From positions 62,001-126,000 of the forward strand of contig JBLWGC010000002.1 of NCBI GenBank assembly GCA_048772705.1: a stretch of 64,000 nucleotides of DNA, in the 5' to 3' direction. This document shows, piece by piece, positions 19,847-29,867 of this stretch. The notes below the pieces were generated by a model. It saw only the letters and a program-made list of their open reading frames with translations. It was not told the DNA's origin and did no database searches. Position 1 is the stretch's first letter. Each line of letters begins with the position of its first letter. Position numbers and translations under genes: made by a program. The stretch is from Leidyana gryllorum EB-2025a. Taxonomy: Eukaryota; Protista; Apicomplexa.

Positions 19847-21863
19847 ATGACAAGCCGACCTCACAAACCTCAGCAGTCTGTCCGCAGGTCTCCATCCACC
19901 GTATGGACATCTCTCGCCTATGGTTTGATGGGAGGGTCCTGGTACACGGAGAGTTGGGTTGCGGGGGATGGCAACCCGGATCTCAGCTTTATGCACACGC
20001 CGTCATCCGAGGGGACATCTGCTACATTTCACCCAGAAGCGGTTTGGCAGTATTTGCAGAGCATCAACGCCGTTGCCACCAATTACAGAGATTTGACAGG
20101 ATACGTCGAACTTTGCTTGTCAACGGACGTATGGAATGTGGTTCATAACGGCGGCTTTGTGTATCTTGGCGACCGTGAGAACCAGTTCCCCACTTTGCGA
20201 GCTACTCATTGCACATTGGACCCGGAAAGCCCCAATGGCCACTTGCAAGTGAAAATGACAATGGAGGATGTCTTGGAGTCGGTTGCAGCTCTCAAGAGAG
20301 CAGAGGATGCTGCGATTGAGGAAGAAGAAAAAATGCTAGCTGAGATATCAGAAACTGGGGTATCACAGAGAGAGCCAATGCCTTCGACAACTGCTGCTTC
20401 CGCTGCCTTCAGCGCAGAAAAGACTATTCCACCACGGCGTGTGCCCAAAACGCGAGCGGGACCGCAGTTTGATGTCTTCTCACCCAAGGACTGGACAAAG
20501 CACAGGTGGTGCTATCTGAGTAAAATCGTGTCAAAGCTCAGCAGAGCGATTCTCTTGAATGACAATTTACCGAAAACGCCTCTGATGGAGGTATTGTTGG
20601 AGAGGGTGTTCGTTGTCATGGACGCTGCGGAGAAATCCAAGGAGTTTGTGGCCAATGTCCTCGTCGAGCTCCCTGATTATCGGTTGCCCAGCAGTAACGA
20701 CCTATACCGTCAAAAATGGAGGATGGTATTCACATGCTTCACTCGAGCCCTAAGTCGATATCTGAGTTGCCGCCGAGAAGGTTCGTTTCCCCTATTCTGG
20801 AAGGAGGCGGTGGGATTGTTGACACAGAGACTTTTGAATGAGGACGAAGCACTGCAGATCACCTGCGCCCGCATGGTGAATCAGGACTTTAGTGAGCATG
20901 GATTCCTGTCATTGATTACCTCGGAAGCATTGATGGACGAGAACGTCAAGACTCCGTGCGTGGAGATCGAGGTGGGCAAGGGCACCCTGCCCGCAGAATC
21001 AGGAGGATGTCCCATGAAATTGATTCGCAAGCGGATTGGAGACAAGTGGGTCGGCTATGCTGTCATCTCTCCCAATACACAGTCGACCAAGTTGCTCCGG
21101 CCCAAAGTGATGCTCATCAAGAAACTTGAGGGAAAGGAGATCACAGTGTGGGGAGGTATATGGTCCGGCAACGATTGCGTTGAGTACGTCAATGAGCAGT
21201 GTGTGGGCCATTGGCTGTCATTGGAAGACTTTGACTCCATCGAAGCGCATTACGAAAGAACTCCCGAAGACGCAATGGACACTGAAGAGTCTCCCACAGA
21301 CAACTCCAGGCCGCGCAAACATACTTTCTTCCTGAATAATGCCCAGGAGGGGCAGGTGGATGAGGGTTGGAGGACCCTCAGGCGGACTCCGAGAAGTTTT
21401 GAAGGTTTAATCACGAGAATGTTCGAATGGCTCGACAAGTGGCCCAGAGAGAACGGGGCTATTCTGAGCACTCTGAGGTCTCAGTGGGCGACAATTAAGG
21501 CTACACGGAACCTCGGTAGGATCAGGAAGTTCCACAACAAGATTCGAGGATTGGTATTGATAAACAATTATTTGCGGACCGATACCTATCACTTGAATAG
21601 TGATGATGAACGGCTGTACAGTATCGACCGTGTCCTCCGTCGTCACAGTCCGCACCCCGGTGAACAAGAGCTCTACTCCGACTGGCGTGACGCCATTGCA
21701 GAGGCAATGCCAAGCACGCCATCTTCAGGCTTGCCGGTTCAGGTGAAGAAACCAGTGCCAAAAAGGAAGCAAGTTGACGAGATAACGTCAGTCAGCAGCA
21801 AGCGACGTTCTGCTCTAATCGGTGTGGCCCGAGGAAGCGAGACGGTCCAGCAAGCAGCATCAT

Positions 21864-21895
<32 letters not shown>

Positions 21896-22276
21896 GCAGT
21901 GACACAGCAGTCGCCCCCTCGCTCGAATCACTGCACGCCTCAGACTCCCTCAACGCCTTGTCAAACTCTCTCGCCTGCTGCTTCACGAGCCTCTTCGAAG
22001 GTCTCGACACAGAATGAGCCCAAACTCCTCCTCTGCAGACGACTGGCTGAGAGGCCGATAAATATTCGGAAGTCTAGACTAATGCAATGGCAGGAAATGG
22101 CCGGACTTCAAAGCGCGCCTGAGGAAGCCGTTTCCGACCAGCCCGAAGGCGTTCAACAGCTGGTAACCCTCCAAGGTATGTTGTCCCCGCAACCTCCTCA
22201 TCCGCAGCCATCGATCCTCCGCCACTTGTTGAAGCCCCCACAAGAATCATTGCCAAATAGAGGTCTCAGTACATGA
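19847..22276 (+). CDS. Array paralog P1 (809 aa), unknown family
   Basis: Leader MTSRPHK...WTSLAYGLMGG; core KLIRKRIGDKWVGYAV...KKLEGKEITVWGG...GHWLSLEDFDSIEAHY; tail contains ILRHLL. Confidence 0.9.
21853..21899 (+). repeat. (TCA)n/(GCA)n triplet runs encoding poly-Ser/poly-Ala in P1
   Basis: Directly visible. Confidence 0.85.
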
Positions 22277-22459
22277 ACAATCATCAGAATTTGAATTGTT
22301 CTGTAGAAATTCAGTGAGGTTCATTGCCAGTCAATCTGGAATGTGGACTGTTGTCAAACCCAACTTTATGAGTTACAGTGCCCCCGATAGAAAGGGGACA
22401 GTCGAATGATCATATGCCGGTTGCTCGCTTTTTTTTTTTGACGAGAATTTATCGTCGAG

Positions 22460-25339
22460 ATGACGGGCCGAGCTCGCCACCATCGCCACCAGCCATCCTG
22501 CAAGTCTCGTTCAATCGGATGGACATCTCTTGTCTATTGTCTCATGAGTGGTCCTTGGTACACGGAGAGTTGGGGCTCAGGGGATGGCAACCACCCGCAT
22601 CCCAACGCTTTTCAAACGCCGCCGCTATCAACACAATCATCTGAGAAAATTGACCCAGCAGGAGTTTGGCAGTATTTGCAGAGCATTCACGCCCTCGCAG
22701 CCGATAACACGGAGCTAACAGGATATGTTGAGCTCTGCTTATCGACGGACCGATGGAATGTGGTTGAGCACAATGGGCTCATGTATCTCGCTGAGCGAGA
22801 GAATCGCTTTCCCCCGATGAGGGTCACTCAGTGCACATTGGCGACCCCAGAACGCTCCAAAGGCTACTTGCATGTGACAATGACACTGGAGGATGTCTCG
22901 GCGTCGCTTGCAGCGTTGGAGAGAGGACGAAACCTTGTCGCCCGAGACGACGAAGAGATGCAAGTTGAGACGTCCGCAAATGCCGAGTTCCTCATCCCGT
23001 CGATGACCTCAACAAGCGCGACTTACGGGGCCTATGGCTCAGAAGCCATCAACGAACCCCCTCATTCGCAGGGAATGGCCGCCCCGAAGATGAACACATT
23101 CAACACGCCACCTGCTCCACGCGGAGCTTCCCCTCCTGCAGTTGAGGCTATGCCAGTGGAGGCTATCCAATCGCCTTTGGTGCATTCAACAGTTGAGCTG
23201 GTTGAGGCGCCGGTGGCCTCGACAAGTGCGGCTTTTGCGGTGGAAGCGACTACCCCCCAACTTGCTGCTGGTTCGCAGTCGACAGCTGAGCCTCACTCGG
23301 AGCTGATTGACACGCCGGTGGCCTCGACAAGTGCGGTTACCGCTGCCTGTGACGCGGACGAGACTGCTGGTGGTCCGCAGTGGCCGTTGGAGCCATTCGA
23401 TGTTTTCTCACCCGCGGGCTGGGAATGTCACAGTTGGATGTTTTTGACTTACAAAGCACAAGAAATCGCCCGAATGTTGACCAAAGTCAAATGCCCAAGG
23501 ACGGATGCGATGAGGGAGTTGCTGGAGAGGCTGTACGGTGTGATGGAGGCTGCGGACACTTCTAAAGAGTTTGCGGACAATCTTGCCCTGACAAGCGAGC
23601 GGTTGGGCATGTCCGATTCCAATCACACATATCGGCAGAGATGGAGGCCGTACTTGAACCGCTTTATCACCAGCCTATGGCGATATCTGGAGTGCCGCGG
23701 ACATGAATTTCCCCAATTCTGGAAACGGGCGATTGGGTTGTTGACGCAACGACTGCTGAATCAGGACGAAGGACTGCAGATCGCCTGCAGGCGTTTGGTG
23801 AATCAGGACTTTGTCACCCGCAACGATATGATGTTCAATTGTCAGAGTGCTCTTACACAAGACGGTTGGAGAACGACTCCGTGTTTCACGGTTGATGTGG
23901 GGAACGACTCGCTGCCGCAAGACTCACGAGGATATCCCCTCAAATTGATTCGGAAGCGGATCGGAGGCACGTGGGTCGGCTATGCGATTGTGGCACCCCA
24001 TAAGCTGTCTAGAAGGTTGCTACGGCCCAAAGTGATGTTGATCAGGAAACTCGAGGGAAACCAGATTACAATGTGGGGAGGTATGCGGTTTGGCAACGAT
24101 TGCGTTCAGTACGTCAATGATCACTGTGCGGGGCATTGGCTGTCATTTGAAAGCTTCGAGGCCATAGACGCGTATTACAGTAGACTTCCCGCTGACGCTA
24201 CCACTTCTTCTAAAAGAGGGGTTCTCGAAAGTGTCGAAAATAGGGGCAGCGTGCTTGACACTGTTGTAGTGGGCAACAATTCTGATGATGACGAGGGGGC
24301 GGGGGGTGAGGAGGTGGATGTGCAGGGTGAGGCGGCGGAACACGACCGCATATCCACGGAAAAGATGTTAGAATGGCTCGAACAGTGGCCCGAAGAGAAT
24401 GGAAGTCTATTGAAGCTGCTCAAGCCTCAATGGGAGGAGGTCAAGGAGAGTGGAGAGTATAGCAGGCTGCAAGCTTTCTGTATCAAGACGCGGGCGGTGG
24501 TGTTGACCAACAATTATCTGCGGACTGCCACACCACAATTGTGCGAGGACGTTGGACGGATTGCCCGACTGAAAGGTCTGATAACGCGTTACTGTCATAA
24601 CCCTGTGGAGAGGGATGCCCATAGGGCATGGAGAGGTGTCCTGGAAGCTGCATTGAAACGGATACCGCCTTCGGGGCTGCCGGTTTGGAGCCCGATTGCA
24701 TCAAGGGCAAGGAGAAGAGGGTTCAGCGGTCGGGCGATACCATATCAACGAAAGGTTGTGCGGAGAAGTCCAGCCGTGCGAGGACGGCCCAAGTCGGGCT
24801 CAACGTCGGGGGTGACTCGAAGAACGCCGGCTCTGGCCCCCAGAGGCGTGGGCTGGGCGAAGTGGCTCTCTTGGCAGAGACTGGCCGAGCAGATCTCCCC
24901 TCCGGAAGCTCAACTGTCTCCTGAGCAACCGACAACCCTCATCGGATTGTTGCGAGCCCCTGGGGACCCAACAGCCACAGCCACAGCCACTGGTGCTGAA
25001 GTCCCTCAACAGCCGGTTGGGATGCCCCACTACTTGTTGGAAGTCCCTCAACGGTGGGGTGCAGGGCCCCACTACTTGTTCGGAATTTTTGAGCCATCGA
25101 CGACGACGGTCCATCACGTGATGGGGGCTGCTCAACAAGAGTCAGAACCCTCCGGTGCTGGAGTTTCACCTCAACAGCCGGCTGGGATGCCCCACTACTT
25201 GTTGGAAGTCCCTCAGCCATCGACGTCGACGGTCCATCACGTGTTGTTGGAAGCTTCTTCTCAGCCCGAAGAAGGCCCGCAGCAAGTAGAAATGCCCCCA
25301 GGAGGGTCCGGTATGTGGCAGGTGTGGACGCCCAAGTGA
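22460..25339 (+). CDS. Array paralog P2 (959 aa), closest to P1
   Basis: Leader MTGRARHH...WTSLVYCLMSG; same core; ends MWQVWTPK-stop. Confidence 0.9.
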   Translation: MTGRARHHRHQPSCKSRSIGWTSLVYCLMSGPWYTESWGSGDGNHPHPNAFQTPPLSTQSSEKIDPAGVWQYLQSIHALAADNTELTGYVELCLSTDRWNVVEHNGLMYLAERENRFPPMRVTQCTLATPERSKGYLHVTMTLEDVSASLAALERGRNLVARDDEEMQVETSANAEFLIPSMTSTSATYGAYGSEAINEPPHSQGMAAPKMNTFNTPPAPRGASPPAVEAMPVEAIQSPLVHSTVELVEAPVASTSAAFAVEATTPQLAAGSQSTAEPHSELIDTPVASTSAVTAACDADETAGGPQWPLEPFDVFSPAGWECHSWMFLTYKAQEIARMLTKVKCPRTDAMRELLERLYGVMEAADTSKEFADNLALTSERLGMSDSNHTYRQRWRPYLNRFITSLWRYLECRGHEFPQFWKRAIGLLTQRLLNQDEGLQIACRRLVNQDFVTRNDMMFNCQSALTQDGWRTTPCFTVDVGNDSLPQDSRGYPLKLIRKRIGGTWVGYAIVAPHKLSRRLLRPKVMLIRKLEGNQITMWGGMRFGNDCVQYVNDHCAGHWLSFESFEAIDAYYSRLPADATTSSKRGVLESVENRGSVLDTVVVGNNSDDDEGAGGEEVDVQGEAAEHDRISTEKMLEWLEQWPEENGSLLKLLKPQWEEVKESGEYSRLQAFCIKTRAVVLTNNYLRTATPQLCEDVGRIARLKGLITRYCHNPVERDAHRAWRGVLEAALKRIPPSGLPVWSPIASRARRRGFSGRAIPYQRKVVRRSPAVRGRPKSGSTSGVTRRTPALAPRGVGWAKWLSWQRLAEQISPPEAQLSPEQPTTLIGLLRAPGDPTATATATGAEVPQQPVGMPHYLLEVPQRWGAGPHYLFGIFEPSTTTVHHVMGAAQQESEPSGAGVSPQQPAGMPHYLLEVPQPSTSTVHHVLLEASSQPEEGPQQVEMPPGGSGMWQVWTPK

Positions 25340-25547
25340 TTTCGCAGTTTATGTTTTTAAGTCCAGAAACTCAATGAACAAAGGTTCCGAAACGTTGGTT
25401 CCTGAAAGACGGGCAGACTTTCGATACTGTCAGCTCTCTGTTCTTACAGTCATTGATGCATTCTGCAGAGAAAAATAGAGATTAGCAACTTGTGAGTGGT
25501 TGGAATCACCTGGATTTTTTCGGAGTTGGAAGACTACATACATTACC

Positions 25548-27383
25548 ATGCCGAACCGAGGTAGCCATTGTTATCACCAGCCCCAGCGCAGCTCCTCCAG
25601 CAAGAATTGGATGTCTTTCGCTTACTCTCTGATGAGTGGGTTCGGGACTTTGGAGGGGGTCGCGGGAGTGAGTGAGAGCGCTGTTGTGCCGGGGAATGGT
25701 CCTTCGGAGGACGGAGGAAATTGGAGGCTCCAGACCCAACAGAGACTACGAGCCATTTACGATGAGATGCTTCAGAAGAAGAGTTCGGATGCGTGGCTGA
25801 ATCTCGAGTTGCCGAGCGACAGATGGATGGTGCTCGGACACAATGAGGCCGGAGATATGTTATTCGGCGATCGACTGGGAGTATTTCCCGTCATGAAGGG
25901 TAGGGGGTACACCCCGACTGAGGTTCCAGGGAGGACGTTTCTGGCTGTGAAGATGCTCCCATCGGACTTACACGAGTTGTTGCAGCAGCTGGAGGCAGCG
26001 TGGGGGACGCAAAGCGATTGTGTGAGGCCAAGTGGCTGCAGCACTGAGGTGTCCACCGATTGCGTAACTGAAGCTTTGCCCGAGTCTGATTTCGGGATGG
26101 TGTCTATCATGCGTCCAGTGACAGTGGAGGTGCCGGAGGTATTCGCGCCAGAAATGTGGAGTGCGTCTCACTTCACGGCTGTGGGCGCAGTGGCTGAGAA
26201 GGTAAGGGGACGGTTAGGCGCGTGGCGTCGCTCAGAACCGCTTGCGGTCGTACTGAGAACGCTGCATGACATCATGTCGGATGCGGAGAGGTCGGCTGGA
26301 AAACTGGAGGGGGACTCAGCGTTAGAGGGCGACGTTTTAAAGAAACTGAGTGCTTTTGTGGAAGCACTGGACGGATTCTGCACCACCGGGGAAGCGGAGG
26401 AGGAGTTTGAGAGTTTCAGCAATAAGTCTCTGAGATTGTTGCAAGATGGAGTTTCGATCGAGAACAAGGCTCTCCGGATTGCTTGCGAACGCATGATCAA
26501 TGCACGCTTCGCTGAGCAAAACTACTTGGGAATGGAGATTCTACCGATACGGGCTGGAGGAGCACAGAATGTGATGGCTACATTCGTAACGGTGGGGTCG
26601 ATGAAAGTGTGTGAGGATGACTGTAAATATCCCTTCAAGCTGATTCGCCGGCTGGTCAACGGTGAAGGGGTCGCTTACGCCGTCATAGCTCCTTGGGACA
26701 CCGATCGGCGAATGATGATCATCCAGAAACTCAGAGGAGAGATGATCCATCAGTGGGGAGGTATGGAGGCGGGGACCGATTGTGTCGAGTTTCACAATTC
26801 TGCGTGTCACGGGCACTGGCTCTCCCTCGAAGATTTTGATTCCATAGATGCCAAGTACAAAGGAACTCTGGAGAACAACAATACCTCTCAGATGCCCACC
26901 AATAGCGCCGACATTATGCTGACTTGGCTCAAACGGTGGCCCAGCCAGCGACAGTCCGTCGACCGAATATTCACAAAGATGAAGAAGCAATCGAGCCGGC
27001 ATCTCAGCCCCCCACAACTTCAGAAAACGCTCGCAGACAAGCTGCGACCCTTCGTTTGCCTACAGCAAGAATTGTTGAGATCGTCGCTAGCTGTGCCGCA
27101 GTTTCGACACAGGACTGCAATCTGGAACCATTTGGCCCAAAACGCCTTTCAGGACGATCCCGACAAGCGCGCGCTCGTCCAAGAGTGGATTATTCAACTA
27201 GCGGCACAGGGCAGCCGGCACAGGAATCAGACATGGGGCCTGCCAGTATGCGACTTCAAATCCCAAAAGGAGAAGCAGGGGGGAGGCGAGCAGCATAGCA
27301 GATCATCCGATCAGCGCAAGCGGACCAGTATGGCCGCGTCCAGCCAGCACAGTCCACTGCGACGCACAAAGACCACAGATTAG
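25548..27383 (+). CDS. Array paralog P3 (start reassigned to ATG 25548)
   Basis: Leader MPNRGSHCYHQPQR...WMSFAYSLMSG; core KLIRRLVNGEGVAYAV...GHWLSLEDFDSIDAKY. Confidence 0.88.
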   Translation: MPNRGSHCYHQPQRSSSSKNWMSFAYSLMSGFGTLEGVAGVSESAVVPGNGPSEDGGNWRLQTQQRLRAIYDEMLQKKSSDAWLNLELPSDRWMVLGHNEAGDMLFGDRLGVFPVMKGRGYTPTEVPGRTFLAVKMLPSDLHELLQQLEAAWGTQSDCVRPSGCSTEVSTDCVTEALPESDFGMVSIMRPVTVEVPEVFAPEMWSASHFTAVGAVAEKVRGRLGAWRRSEPLAVVLRTLHDIMSDAERSAGKLEGDSALEGDVLKKLSAFVEALDGFCTTGEAEEEFESFSNKSLRLLQDGVSIENKALRIACERMINARFAEQNYLGMEILPIRAGGAQNVMATFVTVGSMKVCEDDCKYPFKLIRRLVNGEGVAYAVIAPWDTDRRMMIIQKLRGEMIHQWGGMEAGTDCVEFHNSACHGHWLSLEDFDSIDAKYKGTLENNNTSQMPTNSADIMLTWLKRWPSQRQSVDRIFTKMKKQSSRHLSPPQLQKTLADKLRPFVCLQQELLRSSLAVPQFRHRTAIWNHLAQNAFQDDPDKRALVQEWIIQLAAQGSRHRNQTWGLPVCDFKSQKEKQGGGEQHSRSSDQRKRTSMAASSQHSPLRRTKTTD

Positions 27384-27829
27384 ACTGTGGCCCCAACATG
27401 TTCGGAGACAGAGGAATTTCTGTTACAGACCTTCATATTGACTACACTCTGTCCGTTTTGATTTGCTTACATGACTTTTGGCCCGGCAAGAGACACCCAG
27501 CCGTACGCACACGTGTGTGTTCAATACCAGCCGAACAGGGTCAGCCCCATTTAGTAGTTCACCAAGCCTGAAATTGTGGCTGACAAGTCCGTGCATACAC
27601 TGCTGCTCAACCAAAATGACGCGAATGCACTCGATTTCTTTGGCACCCGAATGACATAACTGATCAAGGACTTCCGCCGGAAAGTGGTATCGATTTCAAA
27701 AGCTGGCTGCCAGACGCCTCCAGAGACGAACCTCGATTTTCACAGTCATCTCTACAGCGAAAGGACTCAATGTACCCGAGTTGGCAAGTTTACGTTTTTT
27801 TCACCTGAAATAACGCGTGTTCCGCTCAG

Positions 27830-29623
27830 ATGATGAGTCGAGGTCACTGCTACAAGCGTCACACCACCGATTCGACCAACTGGATGTCTCTCGTGAACTC
27901 GCTGATGAGCGGGCTACCTTCACTTGACGTTTCTTCGGGAGTTGATGGGGCTTCTCACGTCTCCGAGGCTGAAAATCCTTCTTCATCTCTCCGGAGTGAC
28001 ATTACAGCGGACGTACAAGGCCTATTGCAGCGTCTGAGAGCCGGTTACTCTGAGCCATCAGGAAAGGACACTGCTAAAAAGTGTATCACGGTCTTTCTGC
28101 CGTGTGACAGATGGATGGTCGTTGGATCCAGCACAAACGGAAAGATGTTTGTTAGCGACCGACAAAGGTCATATCCCATGTTAGAAGTCGCCAGCTGCTC
28201 CAGCTGGGTGAAGTCTGAGGGGGCAAGATCTCTTGCAGTGACGATGGACTCGGAGGACATTATACAGGTGGTGCAATTGCTCGAGGGAGCTTGCAATGAG
28301 AGCGCACAGAGGGCACGAGATGTGGTGACATTGACGTCAACTGGTGAGGGTCTTCAGCATTCCCCAGTGTTAACTACCAGGTTTTGGGTGAATACTAAAT
28401 GGAAATATCTCGCAAGTGCAAGAGATTATCTGCTTCGATACTTGCCCGAGTGGCCTTTATCGATACAATTACACGACATTTTGACCAACTTTTATCGGAT
28501 CATGAAGGTTATGGATGGGTCGCCAGGATTCGCCAGGGAACGCCGAGGTCCATCGAGTGTTCGCGAATTGACCTACCGAGCTCTTTGGACTCGACGACTC
28601 AATGCCTTTCCTGGGGCACTGGACGCCTTCCTGCAAAGATACACCACCAGCTCGCGATTCGCCGGTTTCTGGGCCAGAGCTCGTCACCTAATTAAAACCA
28701 GCCTAGTTCAGGGCGATCCTGGGCTGCATCGCGCGTGCAATCGTATGGTCAACGACTGGTTCGCCAAGTTCGACATGTGCTACACGATCAACCGGTGCTT
28801 TCCGACTTCAGCAGGCACCCTTTCTACTGAAGTTCTGTTCAGCATTCGGAACTCATCTGAGGTGCTCGAAGCCCTCAACACATGTCCCATCAAGTTCGTC
28901 CGCAAGAAGGTCGGAGATCAGTGGGTCAGCTATGTCGCCTTCTCGCCCAATTGGGATATGGAGCGCAGAATGATGGTGGTTAGGAAGTTGACAGGGGACG
29001 ATTGTACCAAGTGGAGAGGCAACCAAGTGGGCGAACACATTGAAGTCACCAATAATTGCTGCGGCAACCACTGGCTTGCGTCACAGACCTTTGACTCAAT
29101 AGAAGCCCACTACAAAGGCCTTTCGGAGACTCATGCATCCGCAGAGAAAGATCCAAAGAGGAAGACTACATTGGCCGCCGAGAAGGCGGCAGCTGAGCCA
29201 CGAGAGGCTCGCCGTGATAAGCAGCCGGACGCCTTTGAGAAGCGGCGGGGCGCCTCTGAATCGCATTCTGCGGCCGTTAAGCATTTGAACGCCTCTCGAA
29301 AGGCAAAATTCTCCAAGAGAAATGCCCCTGAGAAGCAGCAGCAGCAGGAGACATTGCCGGCCAAGCGTCCAACCCCAACCCCAAGCCAAACCCAATCGGC
29401 CGCAACTCCAACTCCACCTCCTCCACGTCCAGCCGCCCCGCCTGAGAGGCAAAGGGCTTTCAAATTGGGTGCGAGTGAGATAGCGGCCGGTCGGTTTGCT
29501 CTGTGGCAGCGAGGGACTTCTGAGCAGCAGTGGCCTCGTCCACTGGTGGGAGCCGTCGCCGAGAGAGACACATCCGGGGGCAATGTCTGTGGAGCGGCGG
29601 GCGGTTCCACGAAATTACTCTAA
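27830..29623 (+). CDS. Array paralog P4 (597 aa; lacks the post-core helical block)
   Basis: Leader MMSRGHCYKRH...WMSLVNSLMSG; core KFVRKKVGDQWVSYV...NHWLASQTFDSIEAHY. Confidence 0.88.
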   Translation: MMSRGHCYKRHTTDSTNWMSLVNSLMSGLPSLDVSSGVDGASHVSEAENPSSSLRSDITADVQGLLQRLRAGYSEPSGKDTAKKCITVFLPCDRWMVVGSSTNGKMFVSDRQRSYPMLEVASCSSWVKSEGARSLAVTMDSEDIIQVVQLLEGACNESAQRARDVVTLTSTGEGLQHSPVLTTRFWVNTKWKYLASARDYLLRYLPEWPLSIQLHDILTNFYRIMKVMDGSPGFARERRGPSSVRELTYRALWTRRLNAFPGALDAFLQRYTTSSRFAGFWARARHLIKTSLVQGDPGLHRACNRMVNDWFAKFDMCYTINRCFPTSAGTLSTEVLFSIRNSSEVLEALNTCPIKFVRKKVGDQWVSYVAFSPNWDMERRMMVVRKLTGDDCTKWRGNQVGEHIEVTNNCCGNHWLASQTFDSIEAHYKGLSETHASAEKDPKRKTTLAAEKAAAEPREARRDKQPDAFEKRRGASESHSAAVKHLNASRKAKFSKRNAPEKQQQQETLPAKRPTPTPSQTQSAATPTPPPPRPAAPPERQRAFKLGASEIAAGRFALWQRGTSEQQWPRPLVGAVAERDTSGGNVCGAAGGSTKLL

Positions 29624-29867
29624 GCTTAGACTCTTTGCATACAACGATGAGTGAATGACGAAGCGAGCGTGAGCGGCTTTAGCTCCGATGTCGTTGTTAT
29701 TGGAATTAGGGGATAGCATTAGGAGAGCCCTAATGCGCAGATTTTTCTGAGGTGAAGTGAACAATTGCACAGCACGACTCAAAGTTGACACTTTTCTAAT
29801 CGTCTCAATCATGGCAGCAGAGTTTAGGTCTCGGACGTTTTTTTTTGGATCTCTGCACTTGCGGGAG

